From Eledone cirrhosa (taxonomy: Eukaryota): a stretch of DNA of 64,000 nucleotides. Shown here in pieces: positions 13,725 to 28,149 of the stretch; the first letter of the stretch is position 1, and each line of letters starts with the position of its first letter. Made by a program: the position numbers and the translations under genes. The notes below the pieces were generated by a model. The model did not search any database. It was not told the DNA's origin and saw nothing but the letters and a program-made list of their open reading frames with translations. The DNA is taken from positions 186,062,001 to 186,126,000 of the forward strand of contig OZ024740.1 of the NCBI GenBank assembly GCA_964016885.1. The letters run 5' to 3'.

Positions 13725-14364
13725 TAAATGTATTAAACTAAGATTTGATTGTTTTAAAACTTTGTATCTCGGCTCTGTAAAACACTTGATAATTTGCATT
13801 GAGCCTTTTATCATACCGGTAACGGCTAGTACTTAGTACTAACCTCCATATTCATAATTATTTATTAAACATATATAAGTATAAATACTATTATATATAT
13901 ATATATATAAGATTATTATTCAGTAAGTTCAAGTCCTGTTGTTTGGTTGAATTTAACCTTTATCAATCTGGAATCGACAGAATAAGTACCAGTGAAATAT
14001 TGAAGTCCAATTAATGAACAGTTCTATCCTCATGCAATTGATTATAGAATTTTGTTTTTGTTAGAGGCCATCGTTAATAATGTATATAAATGTGTATGAC
14101 GTAACTATAGACTTATGATCATATCAAGCTTCTAGCTGCTACTGGTACCGTGTAACCTACCACATCCTGCTATGATGAGGAGGGTAGGTGGAATCCCAGT
14201 AGCACCAGCAATACTAGAACTCTGGTCCGATGAGGAAGGTAGGTGGAATCCCAGTAGGACAAACAATTCAAGAACTATTATAAGGGCGGATGAACTCCTG
14301 AGAATCAATGGCCATCCAGGCCAACTATCGGTTAAATAGCCTCACAATCCGCAACTGGACGAGC

Positions 14365-14425
<61 letters not shown>

Positions 14426-14429
<4 letters not shown>

Positions 14430-14620
14430 TTAATATAGATGAGATTCTACAGGACTAGAACTGTTTCATTCATTAGAAATCATCAGTGATTCCTGATGAT
14501 TTCTAATGAATGAAACAGTTCTAGTCCTGTAGAATCTCATCTATATTAAAACTGTTATACTCTGCTATGTATTGAGTACCTTACTTACTGTGGTTACCTC
14601 CGATTCAACCCGGAATAACG
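14426..14620. mobile_element. TA-embedded perfect palindrome (61-bp arms, 6-nt loop) built on an HHR core, plus tail
   Basis: Arms 14426-14486 and 14493-14553; right arm begins exactly at CUGAUGA-U-UUC-uaau-GAA-U-GAAAC-aguucua-GUC; tail shares TATTGAGTAC with the 12479 element. Confidence 0.8.
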
Positions 14621-14637
14621 TATATATATATATATAT

Positions 14638-15056
14638 ATATATTGGTAAACGGAAAAGAAAATGCTGAAAAATTGTTCAAAGCGAAAAATAGTTTAATTA
14701 GGAATAAGTGAGAATTAGTAATAGTATTGGTTAGTATTCAGTTTTTGGTTTTAAGTTTTACCGGTTGCGCATTTCTAATGCTTTTCAAAAATAATTTTGA
14801 GATAGAGTGTCCGTGATGTTTGCTCTAATCAGATTAGAGCAAACATCACGGACGTTCTATCTCAAAATTATTTTTGAAAAGCATTAGAAATGCGCAACCG
14901 GTAAAACTTAAAACCAAAAACTGAATACTAACCAATACTATTACTAATTCTCACTTATTCCTAATTAAACTATTTTTCGCTTTGAACAATTTTTCAGCAT
15001 TTTCTTTTCCGTTTACCAATATATCTAACTTGTGTGTTACACATCTATTCTTTTAA
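14638..15056. mobile_element. TA-embedded near-perfect palindrome (~190-bp arms, 1-nt loop at 14831) with U3-A8-type HHR-like motif
   Basis: Arms identical apart from a small mismatch near the centre; UUGAAAA-GCAU-uagaa-AUGC-GCAAC-CG-GUA-AAA at ~14871-14906 and mirrored in the left arm. Confidence 0.85.
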
Positions 15057-15192
15057 ATATATATATATATATATATATATATTCACTCGAGGGTGACCGG
15101 CTAAGGTAGAAGGTGATGGATAGCGGTCGCCCTCGGGTCCTCGATTTTCAGCCCCATGGATTTTATCTATTACATTCACGTATTATATTTCG

Positions 15193-15252
15193 AATACCTG
15201 ATGATATCACCGGATTCATACGGAACCCGGTCATTGAAATGATCATAGTATA
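15193..15252 (+). ncRNA. Type I HHR in a TA-embedded insert (15083-15305)
   Basis: AUAC-CUGAUGA-uaucACCGG...CCGGUcauu-GAAAU-GAUC-AUA-GUAU; palindromic loop III, AUA triplet; AATAAA downstream. Confidence 0.7.
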
Positions 15253-15299
15253 ATAAACATTTCAAGGATTTACACAAATCCAGCCTCCTGTCATTTCAT

Positions 15300-15339
<40 letters not shown>

Positions 15340-16239
15340 TTAACCCTGTAACTACCGATAGGGCGTTTCTTAGACATTTTAAGCCTTGTAGGATCTCGCC
15401 CAAATATTCTATCCGACATTCTAAACACTTAGCCAATTCACCGCCTACTAATATATATATTATTTTCTATTGAAATTACTTCAAATCTAAGTATTCTTTT
15501 CCTTGCAGTAAAACACGGTTAGTTTTAAAACTATATAAATATCGATGATTGCCAAACGGATAAATTGTACGAGAATTTAAAGTCCCATTACGAATAGTTA
15601 TATCAAAGAAAGAAATTCATGTTTTATTTTTCCATAAATTATAGAGTTTCAGCCTAACTTTGCTGCAATTAATAATTGATTATCTCTTAGACTATCTACG
15701 AATTTTGTTTGTTCATTATAAAATGTTGCTGTTCATAAAATGTTAATAGTGTTTTCTGAAACTAATATTATATATTAGAGATTGACCAAATTTTAACCGT
15801 AAACGTATGGAAATCATAAATGTAAATAACTGTACTTAATGAGAATATAATTGAACCATACTCACTCTTCATTTTACGAGAAGCTATTATTCATGACAAA
15901 CTGTCAGCATCTTTCTGAGTTCATTATTTTCTTAGTCAACGTATGGTTTATGAGCTCGCTGAAATTTCTAAAGTGCTCACCCAAATATGATTGAACAGCA
16001 ATTTTAAGGATATTTCGTGAACAATTTGAATAACTGCTTAGTTGTGGGAAATAATATATTGCCGTATCCATTTCATGCAGGAAAAATTGGCGATCTGCCT
16101 GTTACTTATCCTGGGGTTGGGGGCGTGGTATTGACAAACAAAGATTGCGTATGCCTAGACTCCAATGAAGTTTCGAGATGTAACAAACCTGACAATTGGA
16201 AATTTAAACACCACAACGCTTACAGGTAAGGAACAGGAA

Positions 16240-17450
16240 TTAATGGAGGAGTTTAGATGCTATCTGTTGGATATAGCCGGTGTGGCCCAAAGATAGTTCC
16301 GTGGCACTTGTGCTGTAGAATTAGATGGTGGGTCGTAATTCTCCTATTCAGTTGTGGCGCCAGATATGACTCCACAGGCAGGAGTGTGGATACTTACAAT
16401 CTCCCGGTTACCACAATGTGTTATGATCTGGATACAATTAGGAAGGTGGATTTGCATCTTGAAGCGTTAGATAGATCTATGTAGGTGGTGCAATTTTATG
16501 CACCAAATAAGGAATCCGAATACAGATACTTCCTTCAAGAAGTCACTGCTGCCTTAGATGTAATTACGATTGAGTCATATATCCTATAGGGAGTCTTCAG
16601 TTCATATTCTGGCACTGAGCACCTGACATAGAAAGGAATGACTGGAAGGAATAGCAATCCTGAACTAAGTATGAATAGAGAATACCCCTGTTCTAGCAAT
16701 GGACTCTCTATTATGGACACCTTCCAGCACAGAGACATCCATAAATATACATAGTTTAAGGGAAATCAAGGAAAGAGATAAACAATTAATTTTCTCATTA
16801 CCCTGATCTATTTAATTCTGTGCTGAAAGTTCGTGTTAAGAGAGGGGCTGAGCTGTCAACTGGTCACCGTCTAGTTATCCGCAACTTGAGACTACCTAAA
16901 TCCAAAAGAAGACCACAAAACTGGCAGCTCTAGGTCGACATACAGGATAAAGTGGGACGCGTTGGTGGATAAGGAACTCCGGGTCAGGTATGTAGTTACT
17001 ATTGCATCCAAATTCAGAGAATCCCTGTGCAAACTGAGGACGTTGGTATGGAATGGACATTGATTAGCTCTGCAGCTTTTGCATCAGCTGTTATATGCTA
17101 CGAACTAAAGACGCCTTGTGTTGCACCGGATGACACGGGAACACTTTGTTTCAATCAAAAAGTAAAAGATGCCACCTGAGCAAAAAAGGATGCCTACAGA
17201 GCTTGGCTTGGAAATAAGTACTCCCTTCATGCACTTGCAGTATAAGCAGGCACTAAAAATCGTATCAAAGATAGTAGAGGCGTCCAAAGTTACGATTTAG
17301 GAGGGCTTTGGGGTTAAGCTGGAATCCGACATCATATCAGCAAATAAAGTGTTCTATTCAGACGATCCGCTGACTTCGTAATAAAAAGTCATCCTCCACA
17401 CCTACTAACAGGAATCCTCGCGGGGTAGAGAGAATAATTTGATGAAGTCG
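16240..17450 (+). mobile_element. RTE-clade LINE fragment: AP-endonuclease region, with stops and frameshifts
   Basis: VVQFYAPN, LSIMDTF.QHRDIHKYT* and AELSTGHRLV are APE-domain motifs (VYAP, NTFFQH..HKYTW, STDHHLV). Confidence 0.8.
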
Positions 17451-17833
17451 TCACCCTGTACACTTCGGTTGCTTTGCACACATTTTAATATATATCTTAA
17501 TTAGATACCATTACGAACGCTAATTATATGAACATTTCAGATTACTACTTAGTGCGAATGGGTTCATAAGCCTATAAATAAATGTTTTCTTATCATTTAT
17601 TTGATATACCCAACGTTTGATAAAGACATAAATAGGTCCAAATATCGATTCAAGTGTTTATCATTTTTTTCAATTTGCAAGGAAGCTCCTATTTTTTTTT
17701 TATGTTTCCATGATTACATATTAAAGAATATACATTTTATGTATATACTCATTGGTGCAGTCTCTGTTACCGACTATGTATATATATATATAGTTATAAA
17801 TTCATCGTACACTTCCGTGGCATTGCGCACTAC

Positions 17834-17903
<70 letters not shown>

Positions 17904-18143
17904 TCTTGAATGAAATGGTTTCTAAGATGGTTTATGTACTTACGCAGCGGGAATATGAAATGAATTAGATGTATAAATAATCTAAAATACACTAATGTAA
18001 CATTATAGATTTTTATTCGATTGCCGAATAACATCGCCGAATATTCGCAACGACTGTTAACAGGATTATTTCCTTTTGACACGATAAATTTCCGATGTTT
18101 ATATGTTTATATGTATGTATTTATCCGCAAACACACACACACC

Positions 18144-18274
<131 letters not shown>

Positions 18275-18739
18275 ATGCAGGGATATTTATATATGTACAT
18301 ATTCATTTATTATGGCTATGTATATAATTATATGTATATTCATGGAGATGTATAAATTATGTATGTGCCCGTTTATCTATGTTTACATCCGTATATATAC
18401 TTGTAATATGTTTAGAAAATTCTATTTATTTACGTTATATTTATTGGTGTGTTTGCTAAAAAAAAACATTAAATTCTTCCGATCTAAATGTTGCATCTTA
18501 CATTGGAATATTAAAAGTTTATGCCAGACAAACATGGCGAATTCTCGATGTACTACATTGTAATAAATGTATTTGACACCAACATGTTTTCGAGTTATGC
18601 GTTACGTGCTTATTTATATATTTGTTTACGAAAGTGTTTGATGAAATATAGGAACGATTAATACGTTTGGTATGGTGTCCTATAAATCAATGTGGGAGTA
18701 AAAAATGATTATGCTGCCAAAGATATTTGCACACTACTT

Positions 18740-18910
18740 CGTCTTGCAAAAGAGACGGCCACCCGCTTGGCGTGCGGGCGTGAGGTGCAGTGGATGTTGC
18801 AGCAACTGTCTCTGGTAATTAAACAAGACCTTTACCATTTTCTCCCTGAAGCGCGGCAGTGGGACCGCTAAGATTGGGGTTGTAGTGTCTGACCCTCCTC
18901 TTCCTTTCGT
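18740..18910 (+). mobile_element. Second CRE-like non-LTR 3' fragment
   Basis: GC-richer island encoding GREVQWMLQQLSLVI, similar to the RE..WL.QRLS motif at 4960-5100. Confidence 0.45.
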
Positions 18911-19301
18911 TACTTCAGTGGTTTTTATGTTTCTTTCATTTCTTTTCTTTTTTTTTTCGTTTTAATAGTGCGTTTTGTTTTTCTATAAACAGCTTTGTAA
19001 AATGAATCATGTTATTTATACAATTACGAATAAAGAAGTAGCACATATGTATATATTGGAAAGTATCTACTCTCACAGATAGGTTACTACCATCTCGAAA
19101 AAAGGATGGATGTGTTTGACTATTTACTCCAAAATGTATTAACAGAGCTTTCCAGTGGGTTAAACAGAAGAACTCGGCATTGCAAAGTAATATGAGCATT
19201 AAAATATATAAATTTATTATCCAAACATATCACATCCTTTACGGACAAATAACCACCTTGCTTGGTGATATGTTATAATGTCGTATTGGACGCTATATAT
19301 A

Positions 19302-20171
19302 CGAGGTGTGTCAGAAACGTTCAAGGATTATGTCACAAAAGTTTTATTTCAAACTCAAACTTCACACTAAGAGTTTTCTCCTTCAAAGTAATCCCCTGAA
19401 GTATGTAACTGTAATCTTAGCTCTCTGCAGCAATCAAACTTTTTTCTTTATAATTTTATATACATGTCCTCTGTTTCAGGTCGTCAAGCAATGAGCACAG
19501 AGCAACGGACTAACTTGTAAACTCCGTCAGAAGCACTGGGATTGCTGAAGCAAGTGTATGGACATGAGACGATGTCACGCTCACGTGTTTTTGAGTGATG
19601 CAAGAGGGTTAAAGAAGGACGCGAGGACGTGGAAGATGACCCCCAGGAGCGGCAGGCCCTCAACAACCATGACTGAGGTCAACGTTAAGCGCGTCAGGCA
19701 GATGGTGCGACTGATGGTAAATGAGCTGGGCATGAATAGGGACAGCGTCTGGAAGATTCTCACTGAAGATTTGGACATGCGGAAAGTCTACGCGAAGATG
19801 GTGCCAAAACTGCTGAACGATGACCTGAAGGGTCGACGCATGCAAGTGTGCCAGAACATCCTCGAGCGTCTTGAAACCGAACCAGACTTGCTAGGGACAG
19901 TCATCACCAGTGATGAGTCATGAATCTTCCAGTACGACCCGGAGGGGACCCACTTTGAAGACGTGGACGACATCAAAAAGGCCGTGAAGACGGAACTACG
20001 GAGGATCCCGGAAGAATCCTTCCAGGAGTGCATGCAAGCGTGGCAGAAAAGGATGGAAAAGTGCATTAGACTCCAGGGGATTAATTTGAAAGAGAAAACT
20101 GTTAGTGTGAAGTTTCGGTCTGAAATAATTTTTTTGTGACATCAGTCCTAGAACTTTTCTGACACACCTCG
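19302..20171 (+). mobile_element. Internally deleted mariner transposon
   Basis: TA-flanked TIRs CGAGGTGTGTCAGAAA.../...TTTCTGACACACCTCG extending ~100 bp; transposase remnants RSGRPST, AKMVPKLL, VITSDES*IFQYDPE fused directly to the C-terminal GTHFEDVDDIKKAV...WQKRMEKCI. Confidence 0.93.
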
Positions 20172-20291
20172 TATATATATATAAATATATGACACGTATA
20201 TATATATAAATATGAACTTTTCTGACACACCTCGTATATATATATATATATATTTATTCATATATATATATATATATATTTAAATACATGT

Positions 20292-20322
<31 letters not shown>

Positions 20323-20330
<8 letters not shown>

Positions 20331-20713
20331 TAAAAAGAATTCCAACTTTGTCTGATTTACTCGTTTTATTTACAATCCTTTAAAATTTATAATGGTATTA
20401 GAATGAAATAGTATGGTAGAATATTAAATTTTAAGTGTTAATTGAACAAGTACTTTCATGCTTTCGCAATCTTCAGGTTCATAATGTGTGATGACAGTGA
20501 AGTTTGCAATTTTCAACTGTTGAAAATTGTAAACTTGACTGTCACCACACATTATGAACCTGGAGATTGCGAAAGCATGAAAGTACTTGTTCAATTAACA
20601 CTTAAAATGTAATATTCTACCATACTATTTCATTCTAATACCATTATAAATTTTAAAGGATTGTAAATAAAACGAGTAAATCAGACAAAGTTGGAATTCT
20701 TTTTATTAATATA
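20323..20713. mobile_element. TA-embedded near-perfect palindrome (~195-bp arms, centre 20518) with an HHR in each arm
   Basis: Only about 5 mismatches between arms; short unpaired tail 20714-20748. Confidence 0.9.
20444..20480 (-). ncRNA. Minimal type I HHR with intact core
   Basis: GAAC-CUGAAGA-U-UGC-GAAA-GCA-U-GAAAG-UA-CUU-GUUC; palindromic AAGUACUU stem III; mirror copy at 20556-20592 (+) has CUGGAGA. Confidence 0.75.
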
Positions 20714-20744
20714 ATCTTCTATACACAATCATACACAACCGTGT

Positions 20745-21500
<756 letters not shown>

Positions 21501-23864
21501 GTGTGTCTAATTTATCTTTATCTTTTACATTTTTAACTCTCCCTAGTTAGAAGGCCGCAGACACAACCTCTTATACCTTTTAAATATCGATACACTATGT
21601 ACTGGAACAATCCTTTTAATAAAGTTTGCTATCATTAATGAATCCAAGTATGAAAACCTTGTTCTTAATGGTGATTCACATTTGAAATAAACTTCTTTAT
21701 TGATACACATTTTCTTGAGAATACCTCACGATCAAATTATAAGTTTAAATCCTTGCACTTAAGGATTCAATCCATATTAGATTTATCACAGTTATGAGGG
21801 TCTTAGCTAATCATGTTGTGTCCATGATAATAATTGATCCAGAGTCAATGAATTCCATTGCATTATAATAACGCTTGTTAATTGATCAACCTTACAACTA
21901 ATCCACTTATATTATACGTGTGCCCCGTCTACAATGGTATCATCATAAATTCATATAAACATATCATTGTTTGTATATTTGAATTATATGCTACACTCCC
22001 TATTATGAACCCACATTTTCCGAATATTTTTACGCAACAGTGTTGTTAATATTTCAGAATACCATGGAGATTTTTAACACTTGATTTGAAATATATTTAA
22101 CGAATTTATGATTGTAACTACACCTGGTGATCTCGCTGGCTGTATTATAGAATGGATTATCTATCTATGATAATTTAACCGATTCTCCTCATAGAATCAG
22201 TTGTTTGTTTTAGCGTTTCGTATTATTTTTTTTATATTTCATCCTATTAATATTTATGTAATCTATGACAACAATTATTTGCTGCATAATGAGCTATTTA
22301 CGGGTGAAATATTTAGTATAAAAGCAATATATGTTTTTTATGGTCAACTCATTTTTGTATCGATTTGACAGTAAGTTGTTTCAAGAAGCAAACAAAACAA
22401 AAACATTATACATTGTTTGCAAAGAGATTGAGGGAATGTTGATTGGATAAAAATACATTTTGAAATATGAATGCTATAAATGCATGTGATAAACGTATTT
22501 GTCATATCGCTTTATCTTATTGATATTCATTTTCCTTGTCTATTCTAGACGACTTCTATTCTCTTTAATATCACTTTCATTTTTTCCTCTAGTCTGTCTT
22601 CTGAGAGTATTAGTTTTCTATGATTCTCTCAAATTCCCACGAATGGCTCATTAGCTTGTCAAGGAATCCCCTTTCATTCCAGCTATAAGATATATCAAGT
22701 GTGTAATCGCATTGACAAGCAATGACAAATTGTGCATCTCGAAGTCAAGGAAAAGTATTCCTGCAGGAACCTAAGACCGTTGGAAAATAACAATGATTAA
22801 GCGGCTGACAATAGCATAATTGATGATAACTCATTGACCGGAGAAAATATGGTAGTACTACGGCTGCAATCCTGAAATAAATCTGCATGGTGGCAATGAC
22901 AGGATAGAGTGATGTTAATATTGTTCATAATTAACGTAATGAGAATAATGTGTACTATGATGTTAAAGGTCAAAGAACCGTCTGGCAGCAGTGCTATATA
23001 CACAACTTTGGCGAGAAAATAGGAGATCTCACTTAAAGCACTGAATAATACGCACAAGTGACTGGTGGTGTTTGTTCTGCTTCTGTATTCTTATATATAG
23101 TGTGGGTTGGTGTTTTTGCTCATAATATCATATTTGTTTTGAAACAAATCAAATCTATTTCGTTTTATACTAAACAGGGAATCGCTAGCATGTAATATAC
23201 GTTTATGAATTACTGCTTGATAATTGAAGTGCTATGAAGAATTTGTCGGTAAAGAACAAAAATGGACGTGTCAGAGACATAATTGCACAGATATGCAATG
23301 AATAATTTAGCGCACGTAGGTCAAAATTGCCATTTTGCCAAGACATGTTAAATATTTAATTTTTCCTGTTTAGATAAAATATGTATTAGTGCTATCTAAG
23401 GATTCCCTATACGAATTGTATTCACTAAAACCAATTCCTTTTTTTCGTCTATTCAGATAAAATGACTATGTTGTAGTTAGTATTTCATTTGGGTGTCTCA
23501 AAATTTAGCCATATCTTTTCTAGATTTATGTTACATATCAAATCCTTTTCCACAGCATTCGCTCTTGGGTGGTAGATTTAATTGGTCATTCAGTAACATC
23601 ACCACATTGCGCTTGATGTATTCCTCCATTCCTCTCATCAGTCTTAAAGGACAAGAAAGTGGTTGTAAACTCTACCCGTCGTCATCTGACAAAGTTCTGT
23701 AAAATATATAATTATATGAATAGATTATTCACATTAAAATAATTGCGGATACTGGAAATGAGATGAAATTGTAAAATGGATGAACCCAACCTTTTAATAA
23801 AGAGCCATTAGGTGAATGTGTCAAGATAGAACTAAAATATCTTTCTATTAAATATAATAGAAAA

Positions 23865-24010
23865 GGCGCGGTAGATTGGTAGTATCGCTAGAGCGTCAGA
23901 CACCATCCTCCGCGACAGGGGGCTATGGCCCTTTAAGTTCTGATTTCAAATTCCATCGAGGTTAGCTTTTCCTTTCAACATTATGGGGTCATGAGGTTAA
24001 ATATACCATA
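23865..24010 (+). mobile_element. Decayed SINE family 1
   Basis: TTGGTAGTATCGCTAGAGCGTC...TTCAAATTCCATCGAGGTTAGCTTTTCCTTTCA. Confidence 0.65.
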
Positions 24011-25961
24011 GATCGAACTACCATATATATAAATATACATATATATGTGCGTGTCTGTGTGTTCTCGATAATATTTTGCCTTGGGCTAAACAAAATAACA
24101 ATATGAGTAGGAGAGTGTTATAGTGGATGCTGGTTCTAAGTGGGAAGGTTTAAATTATGTGTTTACTGAGAGGTTTGAAGAAGAGGAAAATGTAAGTGTC
24201 GTGGCAGGATAAAATATGGTTGGATCAGGTTGAGATTGGCAGATGTGCTATGCAGCTTATAAGTGCAGAGAGCTTGAAGTCGTTACTAGCGGTTTAGAAG
24301 AGACAGAGAAAACAGCCCTTTTCTGTGTAATAAGTTTGTATACATTTTAGAGTATTTCATCTTGTAGCAACAACACCATCTCAGAAATATGCACAGTATA
24401 CTAATGTGAGCCCACCTCCTCTTGGATTTTCTTTCAATGTATTGTGTAATACCAATCGTGATTTGAATATGTATGTGTTTCATCCGTTCCGGTGAGATCA
24501 CGTTCCTTTATATGCTTATCAGATACTAAATCATCTACAGATAACTTCTTTCACATTGACCGGTGTGATTTTGCTGGTAAATAAGTCATATTAAACAAGT
24601 GCCTCTCTAGCAACATCATTTCTCTCACCACAGAATATACACAGAAATGCACGCACGCGTATGCATATATATAAACATCTTCTCTATAGCACCCACTCTG
24701 TGGTTCTTCCCCTCTTTCTTCTCACTTTCTGAACTTAAGCTTGAAGTCCATAATTGGATTAGAGTAATACTAAACTGATTTTTATATACAACACGACTTT
24801 CATTCTCACTTAAAAGCTTTAAAATCCTCATCTGTTAATAATTTTCTAGAGTCGCAAATATATAATTATCTACTTTGCCGAATGAACACTTTAAACATAG
24901 TGAAACCTATCAGTATAAAAAAGTTTATATTAAAAGGAAACATACAATATCCCCGTCTAAAAGAATAATATATTGAAGAAATTGTGGTTGAAGTGAGACA
25001 AACTATAATCATGTTCGCTAATGCTGTAAGAAAATATAATGAATTATGTAAATCGTGATGTTCTCTGTCATATTTGTTTTCCATCAAATACCGTATGTCA
25101 ATTCCAGTAATGTTGCTGTGTTAAATTCTCTACCCTGAGTGGAAAGAACTTAATACAGGTAATTTTTTTTATTCAAAATGATAAAAGCAGCGAACGTTGA
25201 AAACAATGTCCTTCTCACTTAACCAGAAAGAATCAAATTCGTTTCGCACGCTGAATATAAATTTGAAAGCATCGATTTCCGCCAAGCAATAATGTAGGAG
25301 TTACGTGAAGTTCTTTGAAAAATTGTTTCGATTAATTTAACTTCATCTTCCTTAGGTTTCAATAAATGTCTAGAGTTGTATCTAGATTGAAGATGTTCAT
25401 GTATTAAACATAATTTTCAAAGTTTTATTCGATTTTCCATATTTTCCTGGCATTTTATCTATTTATTTCAACATTCACTTTCAATATAGATAAATGATAG
25501 CAGCTTTCTAAAGAAAAGACAAATCGCGATGTTTTGGCAAATTTATTTTCGCTTCTGCTTTACTTAATGATACACAATTGACCTTTAATCTAACTTTTAA
25601 TAGAGCCCCGAATTAATATGGTATATCAGAGTGATGTGTATTTCGAATACACTTATGATAAAACACTTTAATTTCTTCACAGGTTACATAAAACTCTTAC
25701 ATTCTATAGGAAATAAAATACAGATTAGATTTTCTGTTAAATATAACTGAAACAAATTGACTTAAGTGAAACTGAATGCTTATATATACCATTTAATAAA
25801 CAGAAATCATTGAATACAATACATTTTAATTTGACATCGACAACCAAGGTGGTTGCGACATATAATACAACATGATTCTACTTTCTGTCTTGAGACAGCC
25901 CATCATTAAATATCTGTTCATATGTTCATACCTATAAATCTACAACCTAACATTAACATCA

Positions 25962-26175
<214 letters not shown>

Positions 26176-26208
26176 TGGCAATGTTTCAGAGAAGTAAATG
26201 TCCATCAC

Positions 26209-27736
26209 AAAAGTTTCTGTAGCTTCAAATCTAAGAAAGGCTAAGTGGGCAAAATTGATGCATCTTCAATTATGAATACCAATAAAATATGGCTAAAATT
26301 TTACTTGTTTAGGATCATTGAAACACAAGTTGTGAACAAAAGAGTATTTTTATTTGAAAAATATGGTGGCCAGAATGATTCGGACATTGTTCGAACTTAC
26401 TTGGTGACTGATTTACGAGAGTGTTTGGATGGCGCGAGGCATGCCTAAGCATCTGATTGGTCATTAATCAGTTTACCCATCATGTGCGCCATGCATGGAA
26501 TCACATAACATGCCGAGGGGACATGCAACACCTGTCACTATCGGTGAGACAATTGTTACGTAAGGGTGTGTGTCTCTCCATCCCATTAGAACCATAGCTG
26601 AAGGCGCTAAGAGCTGCCGAAATGCTGTACATGATATAATAAAGTGATACTATGATACTGGCATTCATAGCAGTGGAATCGCGATGGGTTGACCAAGACA
26701 AGCCTCGAAGATAGATGATCTATCCGTTGTATACGTTGCAAAAAATGACCGTTTCATGACATCAGAAGCGTTTTTCCGAGCAGTAAACAACTCTAAATAC
26801 ATCGGTATCTCCAGGACGATTATATCATGTCACGTGATGAAACAAAACCTGCAGTAGCCAAACTGTTGATCAGTAAATAAAACAAAAACTCGATTATCCC
26901 TCGCCAATAAACAGGTATTATCGACAAAGAACGAAGGAATCAAATTGTAACTTGTTTGGTTCAGATGGCAGGAAGTTCGTTCGTCACGAAGAGCAGCATT
27001 AAGTTTCTGGGAAGAATTGTTTTGTTGTGGAGAATAATTTCGGCAGAAGATACTAACCCACTTGTATGATTGCAGGGCAAAAAGAATGCTAAATTGTACA
27101 AAGCATTTCTATGCAGTACCTCATATCAGAGCCGACTTTGTCCAACCTGCCCTTTATATGCGGGATAATGCCCCATTCTATACGACAAAAACCGTGAGAC
27201 CGTTCCCGGTGCATGAACAACTGAGTGGCATGCTGATCAAAGCCCTGACTTCAATGCTATTGAAAAGGTCTTGAAGACGTTAGGGGGATAACAAAAAAGA
27301 AATACCCAAACACAACCCAAGAACTTTGGGACCTATTACAAGATGAATGGAAGAAAGTAACACCAGGAGAATGTCTTCACTTTGTTCGCTCCTGAGGCAG
27401 AAAATGGCAGATTGTAATTGATAATAAGGGATCACATACTAAGTACTAGTATATTGTAGCGACCACGGGTGCTTATTACAGTTATTTGTGTCGTTATACA
27501 ATTGTATCCACTTTGTTGTATTATTTGTCCGTATAATGTAGACAACTCATTTTATAAATAAAACCACTCCTTTGCTCATAACTGGCGTTTCAATGACTCT
27601 AAACAAGTATAGTTTTAGCCATATTTACGGTAGTTGATATTTATAATTGAAGATGTATGAAACTTTAGCTCTTAGCGTTCTTTTGATTTGAATCTACTAA
27701 AACCTTTAGTTTACCGAACCATTTGGGCAGTTACTG
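26209..27736 (+). mobile_element. Decayed Tc1-like transposon with long (~150-200 bp) TIRs
   Basis: MRDNAP..T.KTV and SPDFNAIEKV (DD34E motifs QDNAP and SPDLNPIEN); right end ...GGCAGTTACTG|TA; 26209-26362 is the diverged reverse complement of ~27550-27706. Confidence 0.85.
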
Positions 27737-28088
27737 TATATATATATATATCAACATTTCTCCAATGCTACATTAACAATATAAATGTTAAACCTTTACG
27801 GCTGTTGATCTTCTTTGGGAATCTGGCATTGTAAATTCTGAAATATCATCAATCTTGTACTGGAGCTGTATCCATTTCGCCTGTATGTTTTAAATAAGGT
27901 TTTGCATTATTAATTACAATAGAGAAATGTAAAAACAAACTCGACAACTTCTCGTATCTTAAGCTATTTACAAATGCTTGTATATCAAAACAAGGATTCG
28001 CCTTATAAATTAGCATGACTATTCCCTCCTCTATTGTACGTTGAGATTTATTGGCTTATATTTTCATTACTTCCTGACCATTGGAATA

Positions 28089-28149
<61 letters not shown>

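Larger units (their letters stand above)
13326..13875. mobile_element. TA-embedded PLE-like element: ~215-bp-arm palindrome (13326-13763) plus unpaired tail
   Basis: Loop at 13540-13549; each arm carries an HHR; same family at 63775-64000. Confidence 0.8.

Noticed and set aside
15339-15450. TTAA-CCC piggyBac-like terminus (also at ~440)
   Set aside because: No matching opposite TIR or transposase found.
24100-24620. Possible decayed PLE endonuclease sequence (FKSRLVLH on minus strand)
   Set aside because: Single short motif among stop codons; needs tBLASTn/HMM support.
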